Source of the DNA: Octopus vulgaris
Taxonomy: Eukaryota
Assembly (NCBI GenBank): GCA_951406725.2
Contig: OX597818.1
Location: 95,418,001 to 95,482,000 of the forward strand
Reading direction: 5' to 3'
Length of the DNA: 64,000 nucleotides
A model generated the notes under the pieces. The model saw only the letters and a list, made by a program, of their open reading frames with translations. It was not told the origin of the DNA and did not search any database. Shown piece by piece: positions 49,287-64,000 of this stretch; the first letter of the stretch is position 1; each line of letters begins with the position of its first letter. A program made the position numbers and the translations under genes.

Positions 49287-51100
49287 CTGCTGCTACTACT
49301 ATTATCATCATCATTATAATCATTTTAGTTATCATTTTTTTTCAGTACCAGTATGGGTTGGGATAGTTTAGCTATCTAGCATATCTCCCAGCAATTAGGT
49401 CCTCTATCTCCTCACCTGTGATGCACTATGTCCTCACAAATGAACTAACCTCCCCCCATCCCCTGACCATTTAATCATTAATTACCTCTGCTCAATATAC
49501 TTCCTTCCAACAAATGACAACGACAGTTTCCCCACCTCATGTATCAACCATTCACATGGCTATGCTAGTACAGCTAGTCATGCATTTGCCAACTCCTTCT
49601 GGTACACAACCAGATTTCTCAACTCATGTCTACTCAACTTTGCACATAAATTAACATTACATAACCAACATCCTACATTAAACTGATGCTTTTCTAATCA
49701 CAGCAGACATTCTACATTCATAAGTCCAAATTCCAATACTACCCAGCACACCATCTCCTACAGTCTGCCTACACAAGGAAAACTTTTTTATAACTTACAA
49801 CATGTCAGTTACCTAAATGTCTGCCATTATAATAACACTATATCCACTATTCATATGTCCATGAAACTGCCACCAAATTCATATATCATGCATTTACTAT
49901 ATTATCACTAGTTTTACCATCATGTAAAAGACCCCACTTTGATCATGAATGATCATGGGATTGCACAAAGAAAGTTCTCCCCATGAAGCACAAGTCCGAG
50001 CAAGGTTGTTAATGAAAGACCAGCAGCTGGCCATGCATACCAGCCTCCTCTCTCCACACCAACGTTGTTATCCAAAGGAAAGTGAAAAGCCAGTACAGCT
50101 TGGCACCAGTGACATCACAACTCATTTGTACAGCTGAGTGAACTGGACCAACGTGAAATGAAGTGTCTTTCTCAAGAACACAATGCACAACCAAGTCTAG
50201 GAATTGAACTCACTACTTCATGATTGTGAACCCAACACTCTAAACACTGGGCCATGTGCTTTCAATACCATCATGTATCCACTATACCAGAACTGGACAT
50301 CATTCACATCACATCTACTACACTACCACTATATCATTAACATAATAGTCAACCACTATATCATTAACATAATAGTCAACCACCACTAGATCAACTACCA
50401 TTGTACTCCAACACCACTGTAATTCCACACAAAATCTAAACTTGCAGACAATCCCCTGTTAACAGCTGCTTGACAACAGAAGCTTCTGTTTCTTTTTATC
50501 AAGTCATACATTAAGGACCAGCGTTTTCAAACCCACTTTAGCAAGAGACCCTGAATCACTAAATTCAGTTGAGGAGTTAGGGATTCAAACTGAATGTTAT
50601 GGTTCTTTAGTGATACATATAGAACTACCATAAAAGACTAGCATAAAATGGCTATCTAAAAGAACAATGTTTCATTTTATTACTCTACTTTTTTATATGA
50701 ATGCCATTAAAATCAAAATAAAGGTGATATTATTGGCAATCTGCTAAAGCTTCTCAGAAGCAAATTTATTTTCTCTTTTTAGCTATTTTGCATGAATTTT
50801 TCCAGACATGCATTACTATGATTTGTTGGCGTAAGTGTTTTTTTAGGTATGCCCTTCCTATCACACACCAGTCGAGCTTGGGGAAGAGAGCGAGACCTGC
50901 TTTTTATTCAGTCAGATGAACAGGAGCATAGAGAATTAATGATTTATCCTTATTTAGACCTTGGATAGAGGTAAAAAATATATATGTACACTATACAGCA
51001 ACAAGAAATATATACACCTTATAGAACAACTAAACACAAATATTTACTTTATACCCATACAAGTATATACAAAGTGTACGGCAATAAACAACAGACTTAC

Positions 51101-51217
51101 CACAGCCTCTTTCATCACCACCATGTTTCTTACAATTCCACACACCATCACACTGTTGGTGTGGTGAATAACAAGCATTTTCTCCAAAACCACAAGGTGT
51201 GTGACCAGGGTAACAGC
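51101..51217 (-). CDS. LRP12-like receptor LDLa exon (117 bp)
   Basis: tttcag/gtaagt on minus; GCYPGHTPCGFGENACYSPHQQCDGVWNCKKHGGDERGC; phase 1-1. Confidence 0.9.
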
Positions 51218-52645
51218 CTGAAAATAACAACAATACTATCAATTGCAAAATACTGGTCATTATCTCAGTATCAAAGCTATTACTTTTGATTTGTAATAAT
51301 AAACAACAGCAACATATCAAACCATAATGTTGGTAACTGTGTTCCTTCTATGACATGAGATTACAGGCAGAATGATAAATGTGTCTGTTGATCAATGTAT
51401 CACCTGAAAGACTAGACACACAAAAGAAAATCTGCTAAACAACATAAAGCAGGAGTGGAGTGATCATGCTGATATTGCATCAATGCTTTCATTAGTGAAC
51501 AATAAGGATTAAAACCTTTACCTGTATCCTAGTAAGGTAATATTTCCCCATAGCTAGACATGATTTCGTATAATATTGAAAATGAATAACATGTAGCTGG
51601 AAACATTCATGCAATGTCAAGACAAGGAGATACAAACACTTTCACACAAACATACACATTCTTACATACATGTACTTAAATGACAGGCTTCTCTCAGTTT
51701 CTGTCTACCAAATCACAAGGCTTTGGTAAGTCCAGGGCTATGGTAGAAGACACTTGCCCAAGGTGCTATACAATGGATTTAAATCTAAAACAATGTGGTT
51801 GGGAAGCAAACTTGATAACCACACAGTCACACCTCTAACTATAGCTACACCTGCATGGCAAATGTAACTAAACATTGCTAATGCATAATAAGGAACCAAT
51901 ATAACAGTAGAAAATAAAAACAAAAAGAAAAATCTCAACTTTTTAGTGTGAGTGGAATAAAATAAATAGCTACCAGAGTCTAACAACTTATTGTTAACTC
52001 AGGTATCACTAAAGGACCACTGTGGTTAGCCAGCATCTGAAACCAATTTAAGAAGAAACATGGTAACCACCAGGATTATACATCTCTTTCAACTAATTTT
52101 TGGAAATGTGTGCGTATATATATATATCATCATCATCATCATTTAACATGTGTTGTCCATGCTAGCATGGGTTGGATGGTTTAACCAGGGCTGACAAGCT
52201 GGACGGCTGCATCAAACACCAGTCTGTTTTGGCATGGTTTCTATGGCTGGATGCCCTTCCTAATGCCAACCACTCTGAGAGTGTAATGGGTGCTTTTACA
52301 TGCCACTGGCATGGATGCCATTTGTGTAACATCAGTATTTACCATGACTGTGGTTTTACTTGGCTTCATGGGTCTTCTTCTCAAGCACAGCATAATACCA
52401 AATAGACTCGGTCATTGCCTCCATGAGGCCCAATGCTCGAAAGGTACTTCTATGTGTAATGGGTGCTTTTACATGCCACTGGCATGGATGCCATTTGCGC
52501 AATACCAGTATCTTCCATGATTGCGATTTTACTTGGCTTGATGGGTCTTCTTCTCAAGTACAACATAATGCCAAAGGTCTTGGTCATTGCCTCTGTGAGG
52601 CCCAACATTCAAAAGGAGCTTCGTCTCAGTCCTTGCCTCCCATGT

Positions 52646-52685
<40 letters not shown>

Positions 52686-52769
52686 AAATTTGACTTTATA
52701 AAATTTTTTAAAATCTACTTTGGTTTTATTCAATGTGCTAGTAATCTTCATTATTTATATATATATATA

Positions 52770-53278
52770 TCATCATCATCATCATCATTTAGCGTCCGTT
52801 TTCCATGCTAGCATGGGTTGGACGGTTCAACTGGGGTCTGGGGAGCCCGAAGGCTGCACCAGGCCAGTCAGATCTGGCAGTGTTTCTACAGCTGGATGCC
52901 CTTCCTAACGCCAACCACTCCGAGAGTGTAGTGGGTGATTTTATGTGCCACCGACACAGGTGCCAGACGAGGCTGGCGAACGGCCACGCTCGGATGGTGT
53001 TTTTATGTGCCACCGACACAGGTGCCAGACGAGGCTGGCAGACGGCCACGCTCGGATGGTGTTTTTATGTGCCACCGACACAGGTGCCAGATGAGGCTGG
53101 CGGACGGCCACGATCGGATGGTGTTTGTTACGTCCCCAAAGCACGGAGGCCAGTCTATGCGGTACTGGCTACGGCCACGTTCGGATGATTTTCTTGTGTG
53201 CCACCGGCACTGGTCCACAAAGATACAAATTCCATTGATGTTCATCTATTTTGATTTGTTTTGATTTGATTTGATTTG

Positions 53279-53280
<2 letters not shown>
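52770..53280 (-). mobile_element. RTE-LINE 3'-end-derived short element with (GAT)n tail and internal 59-bp tandem repeat (related copies near 14810, 17930, 18150, 18820, 34090, 36060-36300, 44180, 52130, 55820, 63620)
   Basis: catcatcat-ttagcgtccgttttccatgctagcatgggttggacgg...ggatgcccttcctaacgccaaccactcc matches the reverse complement of the LINE 3' end at 11590-11745. Confidence 0.75.
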
Positions 53281-53311
<31 letters not shown>

Positions 53312-54284
53312 GTATGTGTGTGTATATATATTTAGGCATAAGTATTATCATTAATATTCTGAATATTGGGCAAAGAAGAGAACTAGGAAGAAATAATAGT
53401 GAAGAGCAAATTCTATTAACCTAATAAAATATAGATGCAGTAAAATAAAATATTGCACTGATCTTTGAGAAGCAATGATTCATTTTAGATACAGCAGAAA
53501 CTTTCTTTTAATAATAGTAAAGTAATACAAATTAGCATAATTTCTCCTTGTTCTAATTAACAAAACATTTTTTTTTATTTGTTTCTGGGTGCCAGTTGCT
53601 TAAGAGTTCCAGTTGTTTGAGGAGTTCATGACATAAAAAAACTATTGTTCCTTTCCATTATAAATTTAAGGCTTTTATTTATTTATGTTAATGAAAGGAG
53701 GAAACTATGATCACAAAATTTATGTTAGGTGGGCTCTATCTTCTGAAAGTCTGCCTAAAATCTTTAGAAACTTTATATCAGAATTACAAAACCAACTTAA
53801 TACTTTAGCATTTAACCCAGCCATATCTGGCACAAGTATTCAATCTGCTTAATGTTCAAAATCTCACACCTACCCTACAATGTCACACTAAAACAAAGAG
53901 TCACATCACTCAAATTTCAAAGCTACAAGGTAATGCATAATCAATTCAAAACAATGTGAATAAATAAACATTACATTTAACAGAGTAATTTGAATATTAA
54001 AAGGGTTAAAATAATCTCAGAATATTAAAAATTCTAGTTTAGTGGGAAGTTAATATATTATGTAAAGTAGGGAAAGTAAACAGTGTTCAGGCTGGAAGAT
54101 AGGGTATAGTGGAAGTGACAAAATACAGATAAATAGGTGAATGCACCAAGTGTAGGGTAGTTAGGGTAATCATAAAGTTCAAAGGTGAGACGTTGCATGA
54201 GGGATAAAATAGTAATAATAGTGATTTCAAATGTTTGCACCAGTAATTTCAGAGGAGGAGCTAAGTTGTTACACTGGCCCTAGT

Positions 54285-54384
54285 NNNNNNNNNNNNNNNN
54301 NNNNNNNNNNNNNNNNNNNNNNNNNNNNNNNNNNNNNNNNNNNNNNNNNNNNNNNNNNNNNNNNNNNNNNNNNNNNNNNNNNNN
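54285..54384. other. Assembly gap (100 N)
   Basis: exactly 100 N, a typical placeholder for a scaffold join of unknown size. Confidence 0.99.
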
Positions 54385-55771
54385 GGCCTAAGTATTTTTT
54401 TTCGCCCTCTTCTCCATTTACAGAAAAAATAAAACTGAATGAGATCATATCACAATCCCTACCTGAGACTGAAACCTTCATCTACCCCACTGTCTTGTCT
54501 GTCACCAAACGCCCTTATCCACAAGGCCAGTAATACTACTTATACCAAATATGAGATACTTAAATCTATTCTAATGATTGGTTATTGATTACATTAGTCT
54601 GATAGGTTTAAATACATTATTTTTAAACTAGCTATTGCTGTTGTCTCAATGGTCTTAAGGGTGGAGACAATAGCAAGCAATATAGAAGCATCCTGATACA
54701 GAGTTCAATCTTGTCCCTGGGCATACACTGAAGGGTTTTTTTTTTTTTTTTGTAGTTGTTTGAGTGGGGCACCTTCTTGAAGGTTTTAGTCAAATAAATC
54801 GATCCCTGTAATTAATTTTTTCAAGGCTGGTCCTTATTCTATCAGTCACTTTCACTGAACCATTAAATCCAAGTAAAAATTATCCACCTGCTTCTTTTTC
54901 CCCTTTCCCCTCCGATCTAACTAGATAGAAAACATGTAAATATTTAATAAAACTCTTTTATAATACTTGGCAGAGATTGAAACCCTCCACCTCAACATAT
55001 GCTTCTGCTTATAAAGCACCTTTACCCACAAGGCTACCAAAGAAACAACTGTATCTATTTTTAAAAAATGTGATATTTAAATATAATTTCATCATTCACT
55101 ATATAGCTACATTCATTATAAAGATGCTCAATCTCCTGCAAACAGCAGCTAAGGCTCGCTTACATCACCTGTAACTGGTCTTCAGAAAAAACAAAGAACA
55201 CCTCAGAGACATGGATCTAAAAGGGATGTACAACAGATTATTTTGATAATGTTTCACTTTAAAATATTTTGTTTAAACTTTAAATGAGAAATGTTGCAGT
55301 ACCAGTAATTATATATTTCGTTGTCCAATGTATCATAAAGAAAAAGTTACTGAAAACCAACATATTAATGTATTTCTTAATACATTATGACTGAGTGATA
55401 GATGGGTTGGTCATGGTTGGAGTGTTTTTGATCGTAGATCAACTCTAACAAAACAAAAACATTTTTAAAAATTGATTTTAGATTTTTCAAGTTTTTTTCT
55501 TTTTTTCTTTAAATTATTGAAAGAATTACTTTGATATTGTTTTGGATGTGGATGACAGCCTCATCAACAGCAATGATGACAGCTGAGAGAGAACTGCCAC
55601 TACTACAGTGGACAATCACCAAGTCACTACTGCAGTGTTGTTCATCAGGCAAGGAACTGCTGTGAGCCCGATAATGCTGAATAGTTTGAACAAACTGCAT
55701 ATATATATATATATATATCTAATATAGGATAAAATTTTCAAAAATTTTTATCAGTGGCCAGCATTGCCCCC

Positions 55772-55823
<52 letters not shown>

Positions 55824-56876
55824 TCATCATCATCTAACGCCCGTCTTCCACACTGGCATGGGTTGAACAGTTTATTGGCAAGCTGAAGGATCCAGTCCGA
55901 TTCAGCCTGGCCCCTACGGTTTGACGCCCTTCCTAATGCCTACCACTCTAGTGTGTGCTGGGTGCTTTTAATGTGGCACCAGCACAAATGCTTTTATGTG
56001 ACGCTAGCTTGAGTGCTTTTATATGGCACCAGCCCTTGACTCTAGCAAACCAATCTTCTTTACCAGGGGAAGCAACCAGCCTTAACACCTCTGCTGTGAG
56101 GGAGAGGATAATGATGAGCTTCTTTCAGTTTTTATCTATGAAATGCACACTCATTTAAAATACTATTGGTTATTTTTTTGTCCCAACATGTCCTTTCCAA
56201 ACCCCAACAAACAACAAATTACGTATTGCTTTGAGAACAAATTAAAATAAAAGGAATTTATGTATATATATTTACGTATATATGTATATATATATATTTA
56301 CGTTTTTTTTAAGTTTCAGGTCAGAGCTGCGGCCATGCTGATGCACCGCCGTTTTGCTACACTGTTATTACTAAGAGCCTCCTCTAATATGTGGCACTTG
56401 GTGAAGAATGGAGTTCGATATAGCTACCCTCATTTGCATCTCTTGCTGTGAGGTAGGTTCATTTGGGACTCTCAACAGGAAGAGTTCCAGCTTTGATTTA
56501 AAAATCACTACATCTACTTTGTGCAAGTTCCTCAGACTTTTTGGGAGAATATTAAAAAGCTGTGGTCCCTTGAAACCCAGGTTGTTGCAGTAACTGGTCC
56601 TGAAGCGTGATGGCATTGGTGTAGCTTTCAATGCCAAAATTTGGCACAATTCCTTCCAGATATATATTACTGCATACCTCTCCAGGGAATAGAATCTTAG
56701 CTGTTTCAACCTTTCCCAGTAGCTGAGCTGTTGCAAAGAGACGATCTTCTTTGTGAATCTTTTCTGGATTGCTTCAAGGTCCGCTATTAATTTCACACAG
56801 GTGGGTGACCATAGGTGTAAGCAGTAATCCAGCGGCTGAGGACAAATGTCCGTCAGAGGACCATCATGGTTTCCTT

Positions 56877-56930
<54 letters not shown>

Positions 56931-59900
56931 TACATACGTGGAAAATCAGTGTGTTTGTTTGTGGCATTGTTAGTTAACTCCTCTTACATCATGTTATTGA
57001 TTTTGATGAAACTTGCGACGTGAGTAGAACTCATGTCTGGAAACCTTGTGACATACTTAGATTTTTGAAAAAAATCGATAATACAGCCCATGGAAGGGAC
57101 CTTTATATCTACCTCATATAACTATTGTTTTAAACACCTAAGGGAAATAACCCATAGTAACTGTACCTTATTTTTCAAACACTCAAGGGAAATAACCCAT
57201 TTCATTGTTTATGTTTGATTACCCACATATATATATACATGTACACACACATATATATATACACACACACACACACATATATATATACACATATGCATAT
57301 ACATCTAAACATACACACACATATATATATATAAATATATACATAGTGAGAATTTACAAAAAAACAAAAGATGAAGACGGGTGTGTAAACAACAAACAGA
57401 TGTATTAGTTTAACGCTCAAGAAGTGAGAAAGTCTTTTACGTTTTGAGCCTATGCTCTTCGACAGAAATAAACAGGGAGAGAAAATAGAAACGGTTTAGT
57501 GGCTAGCGATCTATCATCTACATACATATATAAGAAATGAAAGGGCTTAATAAATCCAGGAAGATTTCTATAAAGCACTGTGTTAAACAAATTTGATTAA
57601 CACTATCAATCAGATTGGAATATGAATACCAGAGTACAAAACGGACAATTTCAGACTGACAAGCGTTTGTAAGGAGAACAGAATTGCCGTATTGGAAATA
57701 AGGCTTTATTCAACTTCTTTGACAGATACGGTAGACAAATAATAATTTTTGCCAGCAAGTCAAAAATGAGTTAATGACGACATGATGCAGTTTGGTAATG
57801 AAAAGCTAGCCAAAATAGTTACGTATAAAAAATACATACATGAACAGCATGTATATTTTCATATAAACATGTATATGCAAACAACATAAACATGCATACA
57901 CACCGTTTATTGCATTCTCACAACACAGATATCAATAATTGCGAGTAGAATTAATATCCAAGGTAATTCTTTATGCATTACAAGTAACTCCAAATATCAC
58001 TTCGAAGAATTTCAAGAAATTCAGAGTTTAAGACAACAAGAATAAGAATAGAGAAAATTACATCTTTAATTGATGAATACATCACACATTACTGATGATC
58101 CTTTCTGTCACAGATGGCTCTAGTAACACAGGAATGGATGGCTGAAAATTTTCATGATCACATAACCTCTAACATTTGGCCTCCTAATTCCCCAGATCTC
58201 AATCCATTGGACTATTACGTGTAGAGCGTTGTTGAGATAGTGGTCAATGAACATGCCCATAATGCCAAAGATTCTTTGAAAGCTGACATAGAGTAATGCC
58301 CAAAATGAACCAGGACCACTTGATTCAAGCATGTAGATGATTTATATCTCATATAGAAGCAGTTGTTAAAGTTTAAGGTAGCTTTATTGAATAACATTAT
58401 AGAAAAGAAGGTTTATTTTTATCCTCAGCATTTTTTGATAAATAAAATTATCATCTGTTATTATATATCTGTTTTTTTTATAAACATAAATCTGTCCTCA
58501 AAATACCTTACGCACCTTGTATATAAATAAGTAACAAAGATGTACAGGTGTCAATTCATAACAGCTGTTTCAAATGACTCCATTTAATTATTTAATGAGA
58601 ACATTATATCACTTTGAAACAAACTGCTCGCTTCAAAGTATCTTTATACATTGTTCAGTTTCCTGACATTTGTACATAATTCTATGTACTATACATGCAC
58701 CTTTGATAATTGGTAGTGCACCTGAGCACTATACACAATAATTTCATTATTATTTTCACCTCCACTAACACAAGTCTAATAAAACTAAATAAACTGATGG
58801 TTTAATAGAAATTTGAGGTTAGTTAATTTAGAAATTAATAGAATACAATAACTAAATGGAAAAGATCTGCATCTACATTCAAACTTTGGACTAAATGAAC
58901 AGAGTAAAAAGTGAAATTTTATTATAATCGAAGTTCAGAGTTTAACAGTTGATATTGTACAGTTTCTCAGATTTATTTCTCAAAATAGAAATAGAAAAGT
59001 TATAATGACTAAGAATGCAAAGGCTATTGGTGAAGAAAATGCCATTGCATGACATAACTATGAACTATAAGTTGAAACTGTTTACTATCTATCAACAGAA
59101 AATAAAAGTGTTTACTATCTATTCAAAGAAAATATGGAATAAAAGAATAGAACTAAGGTTACTGGAAACATTATAATATGGTAGAAAAAGGTATGCATAT
59201 GTATGCAATAGATTGTTACAAATTTGGAAAAATAGTAGATTTAAAGCATTTTAAATTTCTAAAGATACTATTATATCAAGATTAATTCTGAGTGTCGACT
59301 AAATAAAGGGGAGTTGGAAACAAAAATTTTTTTTAAATAAATAACTAACAGGAGAGATCTTCAGAGGAAGAACTCCCATCCAACAAGTATTTCAGCCCTT
59401 CCTGGCATTCTACGGGAGCCGGGCCCACCCAGATCATTTCTCTCCTAGGTGTCATTCTGTTGCTTTCCAAAATCCTGTCTCCAGTTGGATTTGAACCTGG
59501 GTTGTTCTTTTTTGCAAACTTGTGTTCCCAGGTCTGTGTTTCAACCCACTAGGCCACACTGACCGGCAAAGGAACCAGTTCTCTTCTTCCTTATATTTCA
59601 GTAACTGGGTCCATTGGTCATTTCTCTTCACCCATGTTCTCATTGAGCTCTTTTCAGCAACATCAGACAAGCATTTCATTGTGGCAGTTCTTCTGTGGCC
59701 TTTGATAACTGCTCGAGTAGCTGACAGGTTGATGCAGCCACAAATTTTCACGTTCCAACTTCAACTGGTCTCATAGTACAGTGGTAACCCATACATATAC
59801 ACATATATGATTCTGAGATGCAAAGTGGACATGACTTTTTATTATTGTTGTTGTAAAGTTTTGTGATATATATATTACACACACACACACATACTCACAA

Positions 59901-60276
59901 ATACACAAACACATACATACATAAGACCATGTGAAAATCGCATATTTTTCAAATAGCCTGCCTGTTAAACAGGAAGAAGTTTTTCTGTTTAATGGGCAGA
60001 CTATTCAATAACGCATGTTTTTTTATGAGACTGTCCAATTTCAATTTCTAATCAAATGTTCCAGGAAGAAGCGTTATTCACTTTATATAAGAAACAAGCT
60101 CCCAGATTTGAAATTCATTTGAAAAGTATCATGCACGAAACTCTCAGCTCTTGGAGTTAGTTTTGCAACTTTCTACCAATTGGAAATAATAAAAGGATAC
60201 AAGTATATGCATATACATGACATATATATGCACACACACTCATATATAAACACATACATACAAATACATGTGTATA

Positions 60277-60329
<53 letters not shown>

Positions 60330-60592
60330 AACATACATGTATACACACACATATACATAATGTAAATGTGAGTGCCTGTATTAATATTTGCATTGTTCTT
60401 GAAACCAGTTTTATTTTGCTATGTCCTTTCATGTTCCATTAACTTCAACAAACATATCAATAAAATAAAAAAACAGAGGGAGAGGAGAGGGAGACAGATA
60501 TGGGGTGGGGGAGAAAAAGTGAGAGTGAGAGAGGGAGGAGGTCTGTGCAGAGGTTGAAAGGATGTGTGGTGACAGTAGAAAGTTGAACTTAC

Positions 60593-60709
60593 TACATCTC
60601 AGTTCATCTGCAGCATTGGAACATCGGCTGACTCCATCACACCTCTCTTCATCAGTGTAACACAGACTGGTTGATGTGCCACAAGAGAATGTATTGAAAG
60701 AACAAGCAT
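60593..60709 (-). CDS. Duplicate copy of LDLa exon 48980-49096
   Basis: same coding sequence and splice sites, inside the duplicated block; may be an assembly artefact. Confidence 0.6.
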
Positions 60710-62595
60710 CTATAACGGAGCGGGGAAGAACAAAATGATATTCTAGATACATCTACATTGAAGTATAGGTTCATCATCATCATCATCATCAACACCACCA
60801 CCACCACCACCACCACCACCACCACTGCTACTACTATTATCATCATCATTATAATCATTTTAGTTATCATTTTTTTTCAGTACCAGTATGGGTTGGGATA
60901 GTTTAGCTATCTAGCATATCTCCCAGCAATTAGGTCCTGATGCACTATGTCCTCACAAATGAACTAACCTCCCCCCATCCCCTGACCATTTAATCATTAA
61001 TTACCTCTGCTCAATATACTTCCTTCCAACAAATGACAACGACAGTTTCCCCACCTCATGTATCAACCATTCACATGGCTATGCTAGCACAGCTAGTCAT
61101 GCATTTGCCAACTCCTTCTGGTACACAACCAGATTTCTCAACTCGTGTCTACTCAACTTTGCACATAAATTAACATTACATAACCAACATCCTACATTAA
61201 ACTGATGCTTTTCTAATCACAGCAGACATTCTACATTCATAAGTCCAAATTCCAATACTACCCAGCACACCATCTCCTACAGTCTGCCTACACAAGGAAA
61301 ACTTTTTTATAACTTACAACATGTCAGTTACCTAAATGTCTGCCATTATAATAACACTATATCCACTATTCATATGTCCATGAAACTGCCACCAAATTCA
61401 TATATCATGCATTTACTATATTATCACTAGTTTTACCATCATGTAAAAGACCCCACTTTGATCATGAATGATCATGGGATTGCACAAAGGAAGTTCTCCC
61501 CATGAAGCACAAGTCCGAGCAAGGTTGTTAATGAAAGACCAGCAGCTGGCCATGCATACCAGCCTCCTCTCTCCACACCAACGTTGTTATCCAAAGGAAA
61601 GTGAAAAGCCAGTACAGCTTGGCACCAGTGACATCACAACTCATTTGTACAGCTGAGTGAACTGGACCAACGTGAAATGAAGTGTCTTTCTCAAGAACAC
61701 AATGCACAACCAAGTCTAGGAATTGAACTCATACTTCATGATTGTGAGCCCAACACTCTAAACACTGGGCCATGTGCTTTCAATACCATCATGTATCCAC
61801 TATACCAGAACTGGACATCATTCACATCACATCTACTACACTACCACTATATCTATCATTAACATAATAGTCAACCACCACTAGATCAACTACCATTGTA
61901 CTCCAACACCACTGTAATTCCACACAAAATCTAAACTTGCAGACAATCCCCTGTTAACAGCTGCTTGACAACAGAAGCTTCTGTTTCTTTTTATCAAGTC
62001 ATACATTAAGGACCAGCGTTTTCAAACCAACTTTAGCAAGAGACCCTGAATCACTAAATTCAGTTGAGGAGTTAGGGATTCAAACTGAATGTTATGGTTC
62101 TTTAGTGATACATATAGAACTACCATAAAAGACTAGCATAAAATGGCTATCTAAAAGAACAATGTTTCATTTTATTACTCTACTTTTTTATATGAATGCC
62201 ATTAAAATCAAAATAAAGGTGATATTATTGGCAATCTGCTAAAGCTTCTCAGAAGCAAATTTATTTTCTCTTTTTAGCTATTTTGCATGAATTTTTCCAG
62301 ACATGCATTACTATGATTTGTTGGCGTAAGTGTTTTTTTAGGTATGCCCTTCCTATCACACACCAGTCGAGCTTGGGGAAGAGAGCGAGACCTGCTTTTT
62401 ATTCAGTCAGATGAACAGGAGCATAGAGAATTAATGATTTATCCTTATTTAGACCTTGGATAGAGGTAAAAAATATATATGTACACTATACAGCAACAAG
62501 AAATATATACACCTTATAGAACAACTAAACACAAATATTTACTTTATACCCATACAAGTATATACAAAGTGTACGGCAATAAACAACAGACTTAC

Positions 62596-62712
62596 CACAG
62601 CCTCTTTCATCACCACCATGTTTCTTACAATTCCACACACCATCACACTGTTGGTGTGGTGAATAACAAGCATTTTCTCCAAAACCACAAGGTGTGTGAC
62701 CAGGGTAACAGC
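62596..62712 (-). CDS. Duplicate copy of LDLa exon 51101-51217
   Basis: same coding sequence and splice sites, inside the duplicated block; may be an assembly artefact. Confidence 0.6.
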
Positions 62713-64000
62713 CTGAAAATAACAACAATACTATCAATTGCAAAATACTGGTCATTATCTCAGTATCAAAGCTATTACTTTTGATTTGTAATAATAAACA
62801 ACAGCAACATATCAAACCATAATGTTGGTAACTGTGTTCCTTCTATGACATGAGATTACAGGCAGAATGATAAATGTGTCTGTTGATCAATGTATCACCT
62901 GAAAGACTAGACACACAAAAGAAAATCTGCTAAACAACATAAAGCAGGAGTGGAGTGATCATGCTGATATTGCATCAATGCTTTCATTAGTGAACAATAA
63001 GGATTAAAACCTTTACCTGTATCCTAGTAAGGTAATATTTCCCCATAGCTAGACATGATTTCGTATAATATTGAAAATGAATAACATGTAGCTGGAAACA
63101 TTCATGCAATGTCAAGACAAGGAGATACAAACACTTTCACACAAACATACACATTCTTACATACATGTACTTAAATGACAGGCTTCTCTCAGTTTCTGTC
63201 TACCAAATCACAAGGCTTTGGTAAGTCCAGGGCTATGGTAGAAGACACTTGCCCAAGGTGCTATACAATGGATTTAAATCTAAAACAATGTGGTTGGGAA
63301 GCAAACTTGATAACCACACAGTCACACCTCTAACTATAGCTACACCTGCATGGCAAATGTAACTAAACATTGCTAATGCATAATAAGGAACCAATATAAC
63401 AGTAGAAAATAAAAACAAAAAGAAAAATCTCAACTTTTTAGTGTGAGTGGAATAAAATAAATAGCTACCAGAGTCTAACAACTTATTGTTAACTCAGGTA
63501 TCACTAAAGGACCACTGTGGTTAGCCAGCATCTGAAACCAATTTAAGAAGAAACATGGTAACCACCAGGATTATACATCTCTTTCAACTAATTTTTGGAA
63601 ATGTGTGCGTATATATATATATCATCATCATCATCATTTAACATGTGTTGTCCATGCTAGCATGGGTTGGATGGTTTAACCAGGGCTGACAAGCTGGACG
63701 GCTGCATCAAACACCAGTCTGTTTTGGCATGGTTTCTATGGCTGGATGCCCTTCCTAATGCCAACCACTCTGAGAGTGTAATGGGTGCTTTTACATGCCA
63801 CTGGCATGGATGCCATTTGTGTAACATCAGTATTTACCATGACTGTGGTTTTACTTGGCTTCATGGGTCTTCTTCTCAAGCACAGCATAATACCAAATAG
63901 ACTCAGTCATTGCCTCCATGAGGCCCAATGCTCGAAAGGTACTTCTATGTGTAATGGGTGCTTTTACATGCCACTGGCATGGATGCCATTTGCGCAATAC

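Larger units (their letters stand above)
54385..64000 (+). repeat. Near-identical direct copy of 42759-52505 (runs off window end)
   Basis: starts ggcctaagtatttttttcgccctc as at 42759 and ends ccatttgcgcaatac as at 52505; the ORF track repeats in the same order; differences are SNPs, microsatellite lengths and small indels. Confidence 0.97.

Noticed and set aside
54058-54284. Possible upstream LRP (CUB-domain) exon next to the gap
   Set aside because: Minus-strand translation shows no CUB or LDLa cysteine pattern and no convincing splice sites.

Overview
AT-rich, microsatellite-dense eukaryotic genomic DNA. The repeat content (TA/CA/CAT/TAT tracts, tRNA-derived SINEs, RTE, Penelope and Tc1 relics) looks like an Octopus/coleoid cephalopod genome; this is inferred, not proven. 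Two convergent spliced genes are present. On the + strand are the last 10 coding exons of an anoctamin-10 (TMEM16K) orthologue (863-30583, all GT-AG, phases consistent, stop at 30581-30583). On the - strand is the 3' part of an LRP12/LRP3/LRP10-type receptor (three LDLa exons plus a TM/cytoplasmic exon, stop at 37735). The segment 54385-64000, right after a 100-N gap, is a near-identical copy of 42759-52505, most likely an uncollapsed second haplotype. The least expected signal is a set of about ten type I hammerhead-ribozyme-like motifs (stem I, CUGANGA, stem II, GAAA, palindromic stem III, NUH, stem I'). One sits at the 3' end of a Penelope retroelement; the others lie in several unrelated short non-coding elements, many inserted in (TA)n tracts. 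Copies sense to the ANO10 pre-mRNA all have core lesions.
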